From positions 31,781-95,780 of the forward strand of contig SLCC01000019.1 of NCBI GenBank assembly GCA_007126035.1: a stretch of DNA of 64,000 bases, in the 5' to 3' direction. A model generated the notes under the pieces. That model ran no database searches. It saw nothing but the letters and a program-made list of their open reading frames with translations, and had not been told where the DNA came from. Source of the DNA: Gemmatimonadota bacterium (GTDB lineage: Bacteria; Gemmatimonadota; Gemmatimonadetes; Longimicrobiales; RSA9). Position 1 is the stretch's first letter. The number at the start of each line of letters is the position of its first letter. Both the position numbers and the translations under genes were made by a program. Positions 10,987 to 18,809 of the stretch are shown piece by piece.

Positions 10987-11655
10987 ATGGCCGAAGAACA
11001 GAAGACGACTTTGCGAGAGACGGCCAACGACAGGTTCAAGAAGGGGTTCGGCGACTGGTTCTGGATCTCCCTGATCATCGCCACCCTGCTGCACGCAGCG
11101 CTGTTCCTGGGTCTGCCCCGGTTCGGAGTGGACGAGTGGGCGTTCGGCCACCAGGAGATGGAGACTATCGACCTGCCGGACCAGATCGAGATACCGCCGC
11201 CGCCTGAGGCCATCCAGCGGCCGGCCACGCCGGTCATCGCCGAGGCGACCATCGACGACGATATCACGATCGCGCCCACGACCTTCGATGACAACCCCAT
11301 CGAGAACCTGCCGCCGCCGCCCAGCGGTGACGCGGACATCGGCGCGACGCCAGTGTTCACGCCCATGACGGTCCAGCCGAGGCTGACCAACCAGAGGGCT
11401 GTGTCCCAGGCGCTCCAGCGCCACTACCCGCCCCTCCTGCGGGACGCAGGAATCGAGGGGACCGTGGTGATGTGGTTCTTCATCGATGAGAACGGCCGGG
11501 TCCAGAATACCCAGGTGCACGAGTCCAGCGGCTACGACGCCTTTGATACGGCCGCCGGTAGGGTGGCGGAACTGATGGAGTTCAGCCCCGCCTACAACCG
11601 CGACCAGCGAGTGCCTGTCTGGGTCTCGATCCCGATTACCTTCGAGATCCAGTAA
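10987..11655 (+). CDS. tonB: energy transducer TonB
   Basis: N-terminal TM, a Pro-rich linker (IEIPPPPEAIQRPATP) and the C-terminal TonB domain YPPLLRDAGIEGTVVMWFFIDENGRV. Confidence 0.8.
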   Translation: MAEEQKTTLRETANDRFKKGFGDWFWISLIIATLLHAALFLGLPRFGVDEWAFGHQEMETIDLPDQIEIPPPPEAIQRPATPVIAEATIDDDITIAPTTFDDNPIENLPPPPSGDADIGATPVFTPMTVQPRLTNQRAVSQALQRHYPPLLRDAGIEGTVVMWFFIDENGRVQNTQVHESSGYDAFDTAAGRVAELMEFSPAYNRDQRVPVWVSIPITFEIQ

Positions 11656-11663
11656 CGCCGACA

Positions 11664-11679
11664 GACGCCGAGCGGCGTC
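11664..11679 (+). terminator. short GC hairpin after tonB (GACGCC-gagc-GGCGTC)
   Basis: 6-bp perfect stem with a 4-nt loop, 9 nt after the tonB stop. No T-tract follows. Confidence 0.3.
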
Positions 11680-11786
11680 CATGGTACGGGGGATCGACCC
11701 GCAATGGGCCGGTCCCCCGATCTCGTATGGGGCACCCGGTCTCCCGCCTCCTTTCCCGTAAACTCTCTCCCACCCTCCATCCCCAC

Positions 11787-11846
11787 TTGTCTTCGGCATA
11801 GTTTCGGGTTATGCTACTACTAGCCCCGAAGGTAGACCGAAGGAGG
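11787..11846 (+). promoter_or_regulatory. imuA control region: TTGTCT-N17-TATGCT promoter-like element overlapped by phased TTCGG-N6-TTCGG, with an inverted CCGAA-N6-CCGAA pair abutting the SD
   Basis: TTCGG at 11792 and 11803. CCGAA at 11826 and 11837. GCATA-N9-TATGC inverted repeat at 11796-11814. AGGAGG at 11841-11846. The same repeat geometry occurs upstream of dnaE2. Confidence 0.45.
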
Positions 11847-11850
11847 GGGT

Positions 11851-12558
11851 GTGGCCGCGCTACCTGCAGAGGTACTGGAGCTACGGGCTCAACTGGAGCG
11901 GCGGTTCCCGGATGCGCAGCCGGTTCGTGCCGGCACGACGGGGGCTGTGGCTACGGGTCTGGGTGCGCTGGATGCTGCGCTGCCGGCTGGTGGTCTTCCC
12001 CGGGGCCGGGTGACGTTGTGGCGTCCTGGTGGTGGAGCGACGGCGGTTCTGCGGTCGGCGAGTGCTGGTGTGGTGAGGGGTGGAGAGCGAGCGGCGTGGG
12101 TGGATGGGGCGGGTTTGGTGGCTGGTGCGTACTGGGATATGCCGGGAGGTCTGCTGCTGTTCAGGCCACGGTCGTCGGAGGCGGCGGGTTGCGCTGAGGA
12201 GTTGCTGCGGTCGGGCGGTTTTGCTCTGGTGGTTCTGTCGAGTTGTGGGGTCCTGAGCGATGGTGAGGGTGTGCGTCTGGGTCGAGGTGCTCGGGAAGGG
12301 GGTTCAGCCCTGGTGGTGGTGGCGGGTGGGGCGCCGTTGTCGCATCTGCGGGCGCGGTCGTCGTTCGATGTGTCTGGTTTCCAGTGGTGTCGGGGTCCGT
12401 TTGGCGAGCCGGTGTCGCTCGAGGCGGTGGCGGTGCGTGTGAAGTTGCAATCCATGGGTCTGAGCCGGGGCGTCCGGCTCCGGCTCCCTGTGGAGCATCA
12501 TGATGTACGTCTGTCTCTGGAGCCCCGCCTGGTCGACCGGCGGGGGGTCGTCCGCTGA
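11851..12558 (+). CDS. imuA: ImuA-like (RecA/SulA-fold) component of the imuA-imuB-dnaE2 mutagenesis cassette
   Basis: GTG start after AGGAGG. TGLGALDAALPAGGLPRGRVTLW resembles the ImuA signature (..LD..LPGGG.PRG..TE). Immediately upstream of an ImuB-like gene. Confidence 0.7.
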   Translation: MAALPAEVLELRAQLERRFPDAQPVRAGTTGAVATGLGALDAALPAGGLPRGRVTLWRPGGGATAVLRSASAGVVRGGERAAWVDGAGLVAGAYWDMPGGLLLFRPRSSEAAGCAEELLRSGGFALVVLSSCGVLSDGEGVRLGRGAREGGSALVVVAGGAPLSHLRARSSFDVSGFQWCRGPFGEPVSLEAVAVRVKLQSMGLSRGVRLRLPVEHHDVRLSLEPRLVDRRGVVR

Positions 12559-14002
12559 CGGGGGCGGGTTGGGGGAAAGTGGAGTGGACGGGTCGGCCCT
12601 TGCGCTGGTCGACCAGGCGCCCCGGCTGCGGGTGGGTGAGGAGGTCATCTGGGCGGATGGTCGGGGGCTGGACGCGGAGGCGCTGGCGGGTCGCCTGCAG
12701 TCCCGGCTGGCGGCGTCGGGCGTAGTGGCCCGGGCGGGGGTGGCCGCCGTCCCGATAGTCGCCGAGCTGGCAGCCCGGTGGGGCACCCCACCGGACCGGG
12801 CCGAGGGCAGCCCGAGCCAAGGGCCTGCGGGTGGCGGGGACGGGGCGTCGTTCCTGGTGAAGGAGCGGACGGGGTGGGGTTGGCGCAGGGGCGGCGCCGT
12901 ACCTGTTTCTTCGGGGTCGTCGGAGGCGGTCCTGGTGGTGGAGCGGGGCGGGGAGGGGGAGTGGCTGAGCCGACTGCCGATCCAGGCCCTGTCTCCGGAC
13001 CCTCGTCTGGCGGCGTTATTCGAGGGGGTGGGGTTGGGGACGGTGGGTCTGCTGGCGGCGCTGGAGCGGGAGGCGGTGGAGGTAAGGTTGGGCGCGGACG
13101 CGGTGTCTCTCTGGCGGCTTGCCCGGGGCGACGACCGCCGTCGCCTCTTCCTGCCCGTCCCGCCCGAGCGGCCCCACGGCTCCATCGACTTCGTGGATTA
13201 CGTGCTGACGGATCCGGCGCGGCTGGTGTTCACGGCCAATGCGCTGCTGGGCCCTCTCTGCGATCGGCTGGCGGGGCGGGGCGAGCATGCTCGCACGCTC
13301 CGACTGGCCCTGCCGCTGGCTGACGGGGCGGAGTGGGAGCGGACGATTCGCCCAGCCCGGCCCACGGCGAGCCGGGACGCCTGGCTCCGGCTGATCAGGG
13401 GCACACTGGAGCGGCTGACGGTGCCGGACGCGGTGTCGGGGATGCGCCTGGAGGTGGTGTCCACGGAGCCGGCGTCAGTCCGTCAGGGCGACCTCTTCGA
13501 CCGGGGATTCGCCACCGCCTCCGCCGTGGAGGCAGCCGTCGTCCGACTGGCCGACCGCCAGGTGGTGCCGCTGGTGCCGGAAAAGACTTCACACCCGTTG
13601 ATCGAGCGGCGGGCGGAGTGGTCGGCCGATCTCGGGCCGGATCAGAGTCGGGGCCGTGGGAGGCCAATTCACGGTGGGTCGGAGCGGAGTTCGGAAGTGG
13701 GTACGGGAAGTGCCGGGCTTACGACTGCCGGGCTCGTCCTCCAGCTCCTGTCAGAGCCTCGTCCCATTCTGATGGAGACGGTGGCGCGGCGGGACCATGA
13801 GGCACCGAGCCGGCTGCGTGACCGTAGCGGCTGGCAGGAGGTGGTCATGGCCGCGGGTCCCGACCGTATCTCAGGCGGCCGGTGGGAGGAGGAGCCGTAT
13901 GCCCGTGAGTATTTCCGCTGTCTCACGGAGCAGGGTGTGCCGCTCTGGGTCTACCGTGACGGTCGGGACGGAGGCTGGTACCTGCACGGGTGGTGGGATT
14001 AG
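12500..14002 (+). CDS. imuB: ImuB-like Y-family polymerase homologue (probably non-catalytic)
   Basis: N-terminus MMYVCLWSPAW. The C-terminal part resembles a DinB/ImuB little-finger region (TLRLALPLADG...GMRLEVVSTEPASVRQGDLFD). Context is imuA upstream and dnaE2 downstream. Start uncertain; it overlaps imuA by 59 nt as drawn. Confidence 0.7.
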   Translation: MMYVCLWSPAWSTGGGSSADGGGLGESGVDGSALALVDQAPRLRVGEEVIWADGRGLDAEALAGRLQSRLAASGVVARAGVAAVPIVAELAARWGTPPDRAEGSPSQGPAGGGDGASFLVKERTGWGWRRGGAVPVSSGSSEAVLVVERGGEGEWLSRLPIQALSPDPRLAALFEGVGLGTVGLLAALEREAVEVRLGADAVSLWRLARGDDRRRLFLPVPPERPHGSIDFVDYVLTDPARLVFTANALLGPLCDRLAGRGEHARTLRLALPLADGAEWERTIRPARPTASRDAWLRLIRGTLERLTVPDAVSGMRLEVVSTEPASVRQGDLFDRGFATASAVEAAVVRLADRQVVPLVPEKTSHPLIERRAEWSADLGPDQSRGRGRPIHGGSERSSEVGTGSAGLTTAGLVLQLLSEPRPILMETVARRDHEAPSRLRDRSGWQEVVMAAGPDRISGGRWEEEPYAREYFRCLTEQGVPLWVYRDGRDGGWYLHGWWD

Positions 14003-14030
14003 CCGGAGCGCTATGGCCTCGCCGGTCCCG

Positions 14031-14066
14031 GACGGGCGGGGACGGGTGCCTGAGCCCGCCCCCGTC
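14031..14066. terminator. imperfect GC hairpin between convergent imuB and the FN3 lipoprotein gene
   Basis: gacgggcgggg ... gcccgcccccgtc. The GACGGG/CCCGTC base and a GGGG/CCCC upper stem are separated by bulges. No T-tract. Confidence 0.3.
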
Positions 14067-14075
14067 GCGCCGGTC

Positions 14076-15329
14076 TCAGTCGGGGACCGTATCCGTCACG
14101 GTGTTCGACGGTGCCGAGCAGCCGGCGTCGGTGCAGGCCCTGACCCGGTAGTGATAAGTGGCTTGCGGGACCACGCTCCGGTCGTCATAGAAGGTTGCGT
14201 CTGCGCGGGTGGTATCGAGGAGGCTGAACTGTCCCGAGCCATCCGCTCGCTCCACGCGGAACACGGGCTCGACGGCGCTGTTGTTGGTCCATGCCAGGCG
14301 GACCCGATGCCTCTGTACGATCTCCGCCCGGAGGTTGGTCGGGGCCGCCGGGATGGTGGCCACCTGGACGTTGTTGGAATAATCTGAACAGCCTGACTCG
14401 TTGCAGGCGCGGACGCGATAGGTGTACCGGGTGTCAGGCTCCACGGAGCGGTCGGCGAAGGTGGTCCTGTCGGCGGCCACCCGGGCCAGCTCCTGGAACC
14501 CGTCGTCCGTACTGCGCCTTTCGACGCGGAACTCGGTGACCGCCTCTCCCCCTGGGTCCCAGGCGATAGTTATCTCTCCAGCCTCCACGTTCTCTACCCG
14601 CAGATTCGGCGCCGGCGGCGGATCCCGCTGGGGCACGGGTCGGACCTCCAGGGATACGGCGAGCGTGGCTTCCGATTCCAGGGTGGCGGCGGCGACGTGG
14701 ACGGTGGCCTGGTACTCCCCGGCGGGCAGGTCCGGCGCGGTCCTGGCGCTGATGGTGAGGCTGGCGGGAGCGGTGGACGATGAGAGGGAGGCGGAGAGCC
14801 AGCCTGAGGAGCTGTCGTCGTACCTGATGCTGGCCATGAGCCCAGTCAGGTCGTCCTCGCCGCCGTTGGTGATGGCGATTTCCTGGTCGGGCGGTGGTGG
14901 TCCGCCGCTGTTCATGGTGAAGCTGGCGGACGTGTTGCTGAGCACCACGGATGCAGGGATGAGAACCCGTACAGTGGCGACGCCCTCGGAGGAGCCGACG
15001 CGTGCGCGGATGGTGGTGGTCCCGCTGCGGTCGCCTGCTACCAGGCCATGTGCGTCCACGGAAGCGATGTCGGCGTCGTCGGTGATCCACTCCACCGGGT
15101 GTCCCCGGACGGTGCGACCCTGCGGATCCTCGAGCTCCGCGGTGAGGGTGACGGTCTGGCCGATGCTCAGCCGGGCCTGGTCCGGGACCACGCGAACGGC
15201 GGCCACCTCGGCAGGCAGCACGACCACGTCCTGGCAGGATGTGATGAGGGGTGCGCCCATGGCCGCCACCACCAGGAGCGGTGATGTGCGGCGCCGGGGC
15301 ATGGCGGTACGGGCGTTCAGAGAGGCCAT
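14076..15329 (-). CDS. lipoprotein with one Big_2 (bacterial Ig-like) domain and two fibronectin type III domains
   Basis: Signal plus lipobox MASLNARTAMPRRRTSPLLVVAAMGAPLITSC. Big_2-like VRVVPDQARLSIGQTVTLTAEL...IASVDAHGLVAG. Two FN3-like units ending YTYRVRACNESGCS and YHYRVRACTDAGCS. GGAG lies 8 nt upstream of ATG 15329. The track ORF extends to 15392. Confidence 0.7.
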   Translation of the reverse strand: MASLNARTAMPRRRTSPLLVVAAMGAPLITSCQDVVVLPAEVAAVRVVPDQARLSIGQTVTLTAELEDPQGRTVRGHPVEWITDDADIASVDAHGLVAGDRSGTTTIRARVGSSEGVATVRVLIPASVVLSNTSASFTMNSGGPPPPDQEIAITNGGEDDLTGLMASIRYDDSSSGWLSASLSSSTAPASLTISARTAPDLPAGEYQATVHVAAATLESEATLAVSLEVRPVPQRDPPPAPNLRVENVEAGEITIAWDPGGEAVTEFRVERRSTDDGFQELARVAADRTTFADRSVEPDTRYTYRVRACNESGCSDYSNNVQVATIPAAPTNLRAEIVQRHRVRLAWTNNSAVEPVFRVERADGSGQFSLLDTTRADATFYDDRSVVPQATYHYRVRACTDAGCSAPSNTVTDTVPD

Positions 15330-15348
15330 TGCTTCTGCTCCGTGTATC

Positions 15349-16530
15349 TCAGAATTGCAACCGGACCAGCTCGACTCGGAGGCCGTACCCATCGTAGCCG
15401 ATGACGCCCACCGTCAGGGCGGGGGAGGCGTCGGCGCTGCCGGCTGGAGACGGCTCAGAAAGACCCGGCGTCCTCCTGGCGTGGAGCATTGCTTCCAGCG
15501 CGCCGACCAGCACCACGGCCGCAGCCAGGCCCGCTGCCGGCCCCAGGAGCGGGCGCCGGCTCTCCCGGGACGCGACCAGCTCTTCCGGACAGCGCGTCGC
15601 CGCCGCATCCAGGCAATGGATCGTGATGCGCTGGTACAGCGACCCGACGAGCAAAGCACCGCCGGCGCCGGCCAGCACGGCTGTCCCCAGTCGCGGGCGC
15701 TGCGTGTAGAACTGTCCGCCGCCGGGGATCAGCGTCCCGGCCAGGAAGGCGGTCCGGGGCTGGAGCTCGCGGTCCGCCGGAATGCCTGCTGCCTCCGGGC
15801 TGGCGGCCAAGGCACCGGCCGCCAGGAACTGGCGGACGCGTGGCGCGTCCGGTGCGTCCGGGTCCAGCTCCAGGTACCGGCGCAGGTCCGCCACCGCCGA
15901 GTCCTCCCGGCCCAGGCCGAGGCGGACGACGGCCCGGTTATACAGGGCCATGGTGGCGGCGGGGCGGGCCTCGATGACCTCGGTGAACGCGGCCTCCGCC
16001 TCCTCCAGTCGACCCTCCTGCTCCAGGTCCAACCCCCGGCGGTATGCTCCCAGGAGCCGGGCGCCGGCTCCACGATCCCCGATCTCGTCCAGACGCCGCC
16101 GCACGTCATCAGCGGACGGGCCCGCGGGGTCCAGCCGCAGGTACCGGCAGAGAGCGGCGGTCGCCGCTTCGCTCTGTCCCTGGCGCTCATGGATGCGGGC
16201 CTGGAGGTAAGCGGCTTCCGCGGCGGCCGGGTCCGCCACGAGCGCCCGGTCCAGGGACTCCAGCGCCCCTTCCAGGTCACCCAGCAGCATGGCCCGGGTC
16301 GCGGCATGGATCAACTGCTCGGCGCCTGCGGCGTCTCTGGCACGGACCCTCCTGTCGACAGCGTCTCGGTTGACCGTATCACAGACGAGGGTCGACACCG
16401 GAGGCGGCGAGGTGCGGAGGGGGAGATCCTGGGCCTGCAACTCCCCTATGGGTGCCGCCAGCCCCAGCAAGGCCAGCGTGGCGCTCCAACGAGCCGACCG
16501 GCCCCGCGACTTGGTCCTCTTACCTGTCAT
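15349..16530 (-). CDS. TPR-repeat protein with a C-terminal membrane segment
   Basis: Signal-like N-terminus, repeated TPR-like helices (AYLQARIHERQGQSEAATAALCRYLRLDP, ALYNRAVVRLGLGREDSAVADLRRYLELDP), then the hydrophobic LIPGGGQFYTQRPRLGTAVLAGAGGALLVG. Overlaps the upstream gene by ATGA. Confidence 0.65.
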   Translation of the reverse strand: MTGKRTKSRGRSARWSATLALLGLAAPIGELQAQDLPLRTSPPPVSTLVCDTVNRDAVDRRVRARDAAGAEQLIHAATRAMLLGDLEGALESLDRALVADPAAAEAAYLQARIHERQGQSEAATAALCRYLRLDPAGPSADDVRRRLDEIGDRGAGARLLGAYRRGLDLEQEGRLEEAEAAFTEVIEARPAATMALYNRAVVRLGLGREDSAVADLRRYLELDPDAPDAPRVRQFLAAGALAASPEAAGIPADRELQPRTAFLAGTLIPGGGQFYTQRPRLGTAVLAGAGGALLVGSLYQRITIHCLDAAATRCPEELVASRESRRPLLGPAAGLAAAVVLVGALEAMLHARRTPGLSEPSPAGSADASPALTVGVIGYDGYGLRVELVRLQF

Positions 16531-18623
16531 TGGTCCTGCTCCTGCGTCGTGATGACGGGTACGAGCCGGTCCTCCCGAGAGCCGTCACCCACCTGCCCCT
16601 GGACATTGTTGCCCCAGCAATAGACGCGCCTGTCCACCGCCTCGCCGCAGGTGTGGGCGCCGCCCGCGTCCAGGGCGACGAAGGCGGGCGAGTCAGAAAC
16701 GGGGGCGGGTAAGCTGGCTCCGGTGGTCGTGCCGTTGCCAAGCTGGCCGAAAGTGTTCCGCCCCCAGCACCACGCCTGGCCATCGCCGGTGAGGCCGCAG
16801 GTGTGCACGCCGCCGGTCACCAGCGCCCGGAACCGGTAGTCCCCGGCTACCCGCCGGGGGCGCCGCTCCAGCTCGCCGCTCCCAGTGCCGAGCTGCCCGT
16901 GCTCGTTCCCGCCCCAGCACCAGGCCTGGCCGCCCTGGGTCAAGCCACACGAGTGAGCGCTGCCGGAGGCCAGGAACGTGAACGCGCCAGGGTGGTCCAC
17001 GGGCGTGGGCGTGGTCGCGTCGCCGGAGCCGCCATCGCCGATCTGCCCGCGTGCGTTCGCGCCCCAGCAGAAGGCACGGCCGTCCGCCGCCAGCGCGCAG
17101 GTGTGGAGCCACCCGGCCGCCAGCTGGACCACGGGCGGCAGCCCCTCCACCCGAATCGGCCGGTCCGCTCCGGAAGTGCCGCCGGTGCCCAACTGGCCGT
17201 GGGCATTCCCGCCCCAGCAGTAGACATCCCCCTCCGAGCCCAGGGCGCAGCTGTGCTCCGACCCCGCCACCACGTCCACGGCCACCGCCCCACCAGGCAG
17301 CTCCAGCTCCACGCCCGGCGCCGCTGGCGTCCGCTGATCGGGACGCCCGGAAGACCAGCAGTAGACCGTGCCGCGGCCCGTCACGCCGCACGTGTGGAAC
17401 AGGCCCGCCCGCAGCGTCTGCAGTCGCGGCAGAACCGCCGGCACGCCGCCCGTCGCCTGACCTGCCCCGCCCCAGCAGACCAGGCCCGTCCCCCTATCCA
17501 GGCGGCACGTGTGAGCACCTCCCGCCGCCACGGAGGACCGGGTGCGGACGGGGATGGCGGCAGACGCCGCGCTGGCCACGGGCTCGGCCTCCGCGGGCTC
17601 GGGCGCGCCGGCAGCCTCGGTCCCGGAGTCGGCCTCGTCGGTTACCGGATCGGTCTCCGCCAGCTGGATCTCCCGCAGGCCCGACTCCCGGGGCGGGGCC
17701 GTACCCTCGCGGTGCGACGCGCCAAGCTCTACCAGCAAGCCGGCGGCTGGCTCGGCAACATAAGCCACCACCAGGAGCGAGTCCGGGTCGGTGCCCAGCC
17801 ACCAGGTGGTGGTCGCCAGCCCCAGGTCACCCGTGACCACGCGCAACGGCTCCACCCGGCCGCCACCCTCCGCCACCCGGAACCGCACCTCCGCACCCGG
17901 GACGGGGCGGTCCGCCGAGTCCCGCACCAGCACCGACAACGCCCGCTCCAGCGGACGACCCGGCAGTCCCATCTGGTGGTTGCCTGACCATACCACGAGA
18001 CGCATGCCCGTCTCCGGGTCCACCGCCACGAGCTCATCCGCATCCGCCAGCCCGGGAGCAGGATCCGGCGCCGACCACGGAGACGCAGTGGACCAGCCCT
18101 CCCCCCAGGCAGCCTCCCGGGAAGGGGCCAGCGTGCGCACTCCCGTCAGCACCAGCCCCCCCGCCAGCAGAGCCAGGGCCAGCCACACAAGCCAGCGCCG
18201 CTCGCCTCCCGATGATGCGGTGACGGGCGACGGGTCCAACCCGAGGAGAACCTCGTCGCCCGCCGCCGGGCCATGGTCTGGAACCGCCTCGTCCTCGGGG
18301 ATCAGCAGGACCGGAAGCCCCGGCGATGGGTCGGCCGCTGGTGGACCGGACTCCCGCCCGGCAACCCGCGGGAACCGCGCACCGCTGCGCCGCCAGATCA
18401 CCAGCACCGTCAGGATGACCGCCACCAGGAGGAGGAGCACCAACAGGAGAGGCAGGGAATCACCCTGTAAAGGGACCAGGATGCACAGGGAGAAAGACCC
18501 CCCGAAACCAATGGTGTCGGGAGGGGCAGGACCAGCATCAGACGGCGGGGGGTCGCCTGCCGCGGGAAGGTGGAAGGGCCATCCAGCGGAGCGACACGCA
18601 GCAGTCCAGGGCCGCTTTCGCAT
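16527..18623 (-). CDS. membrane-anchored RCC1-repeat (beta-propeller) protein
   Basis: N-terminal TM LPLLLVLLLLVAVILTVLVIW. Repeated RCC1-type units: HTCGVTGRGTVYCWSSG, HSCALGSEGDVYCWGGNAHGQLGTGG, HTCALAADGRAFCWGANARGQIGDGG, HSCGLTQGGQAWCWGGNEHGQLGTG, HTCGLTGDGQAWCWGRNTFGQLGNG, HTCGEAVDRRVYCWGNNVQGQVGDG. Start codon uncertain. Confidence 0.75.
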   Translation of the reverse strand: MRKRPWTAACRSAGWPFHLPAAGDPPPSDAGPAPPDTIGFGGSFSLCILVPLQGDSLPLLLVLLLLVAVILTVLVIWRRSGARFPRVAGRESGPPAADPSPGLPVLLIPEDEAVPDHGPAAGDEVLLGLDPSPVTASSGGERRWLVWLALALLAGGLVLTGVRTLAPSREAAWGEGWSTASPWSAPDPAPGLADADELVAVDPETGMRLVVWSGNHQMGLPGRPLERALSVLVRDSADRPVPGAEVRFRVAEGGGRVEPLRVVTGDLGLATTTWWLGTDPDSLLVVAYVAEPAAGLLVELGASHREGTAPPRESGLREIQLAETDPVTDEADSGTEAAGAPEPAEAEPVASAASAAIPVRTRSSVAAGGAHTCRLDRGTGLVCWGGAGQATGGVPAVLPRLQTLRAGLFHTCGVTGRGTVYCWSSGRPDQRTPAAPGVELELPGGAVAVDVVAGSEHSCALGSEGDVYCWGGNAHGQLGTGGTSGADRPIRVEGLPPVVQLAAGWLHTCALAADGRAFCWGANARGQIGDGGSGDATTPTPVDHPGAFTFLASGSAHSCGLTQGGQAWCWGGNEHGQLGTGSGELERRPRRVAGDYRFRALVTGGVHTCGLTGDGQAWCWGRNTFGQLGNGTTTGASLPAPVSDSPAFVALDAGGAHTCGEAVDRRVYCWGNNVQGQVGDGSREDRLVPVITTQEQDQ

Positions 18624-18695
18624 CCACCTTCAAGATAGGTGAAATGCCGGCTCATGGAACCCTGTAGCCGGATCCATGGCGGACATCCCCGCCCC

Positions 18696-18750
18696 TTTCG
18701 GGTTGTCTTCGGCCTGCCGGGATGCGATCTTTCATTCGGTCTTTGTTCGG
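18696..18750 (+). promoter_or_regulatory. dnaE2 control region: two phased TTCGG-N6-TTCGG direct repeats
   Basis: TTCGG at 18697 and 18708, and again at 18735 and 18746 (11-nt phasing each time). The 11-mer TTGTCTTCGGC at 18703-18713 is identical to 11787-11797. The repeats lie 60-115 nt upstream of the dnaE2 ATG (18810), in the divergent region shared with the RCC1 operon. Confidence 0.45.
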
Positions 18751-18809
18751 TATACCCGCCCACGCGCCCCGCGCATCGACCGTACTGATCGAAGGGAGCA
18801 AGAGATCTC

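Noticed and set aside
14003-18809. Is the antisense three-gene insert a mobile element or genomic island?
   Set aside because: I saw no integrase or transposase, no tRNA target and no flanking direct repeats. The composition looks like the surroundings by eye. I kept it only as a synteny observation.
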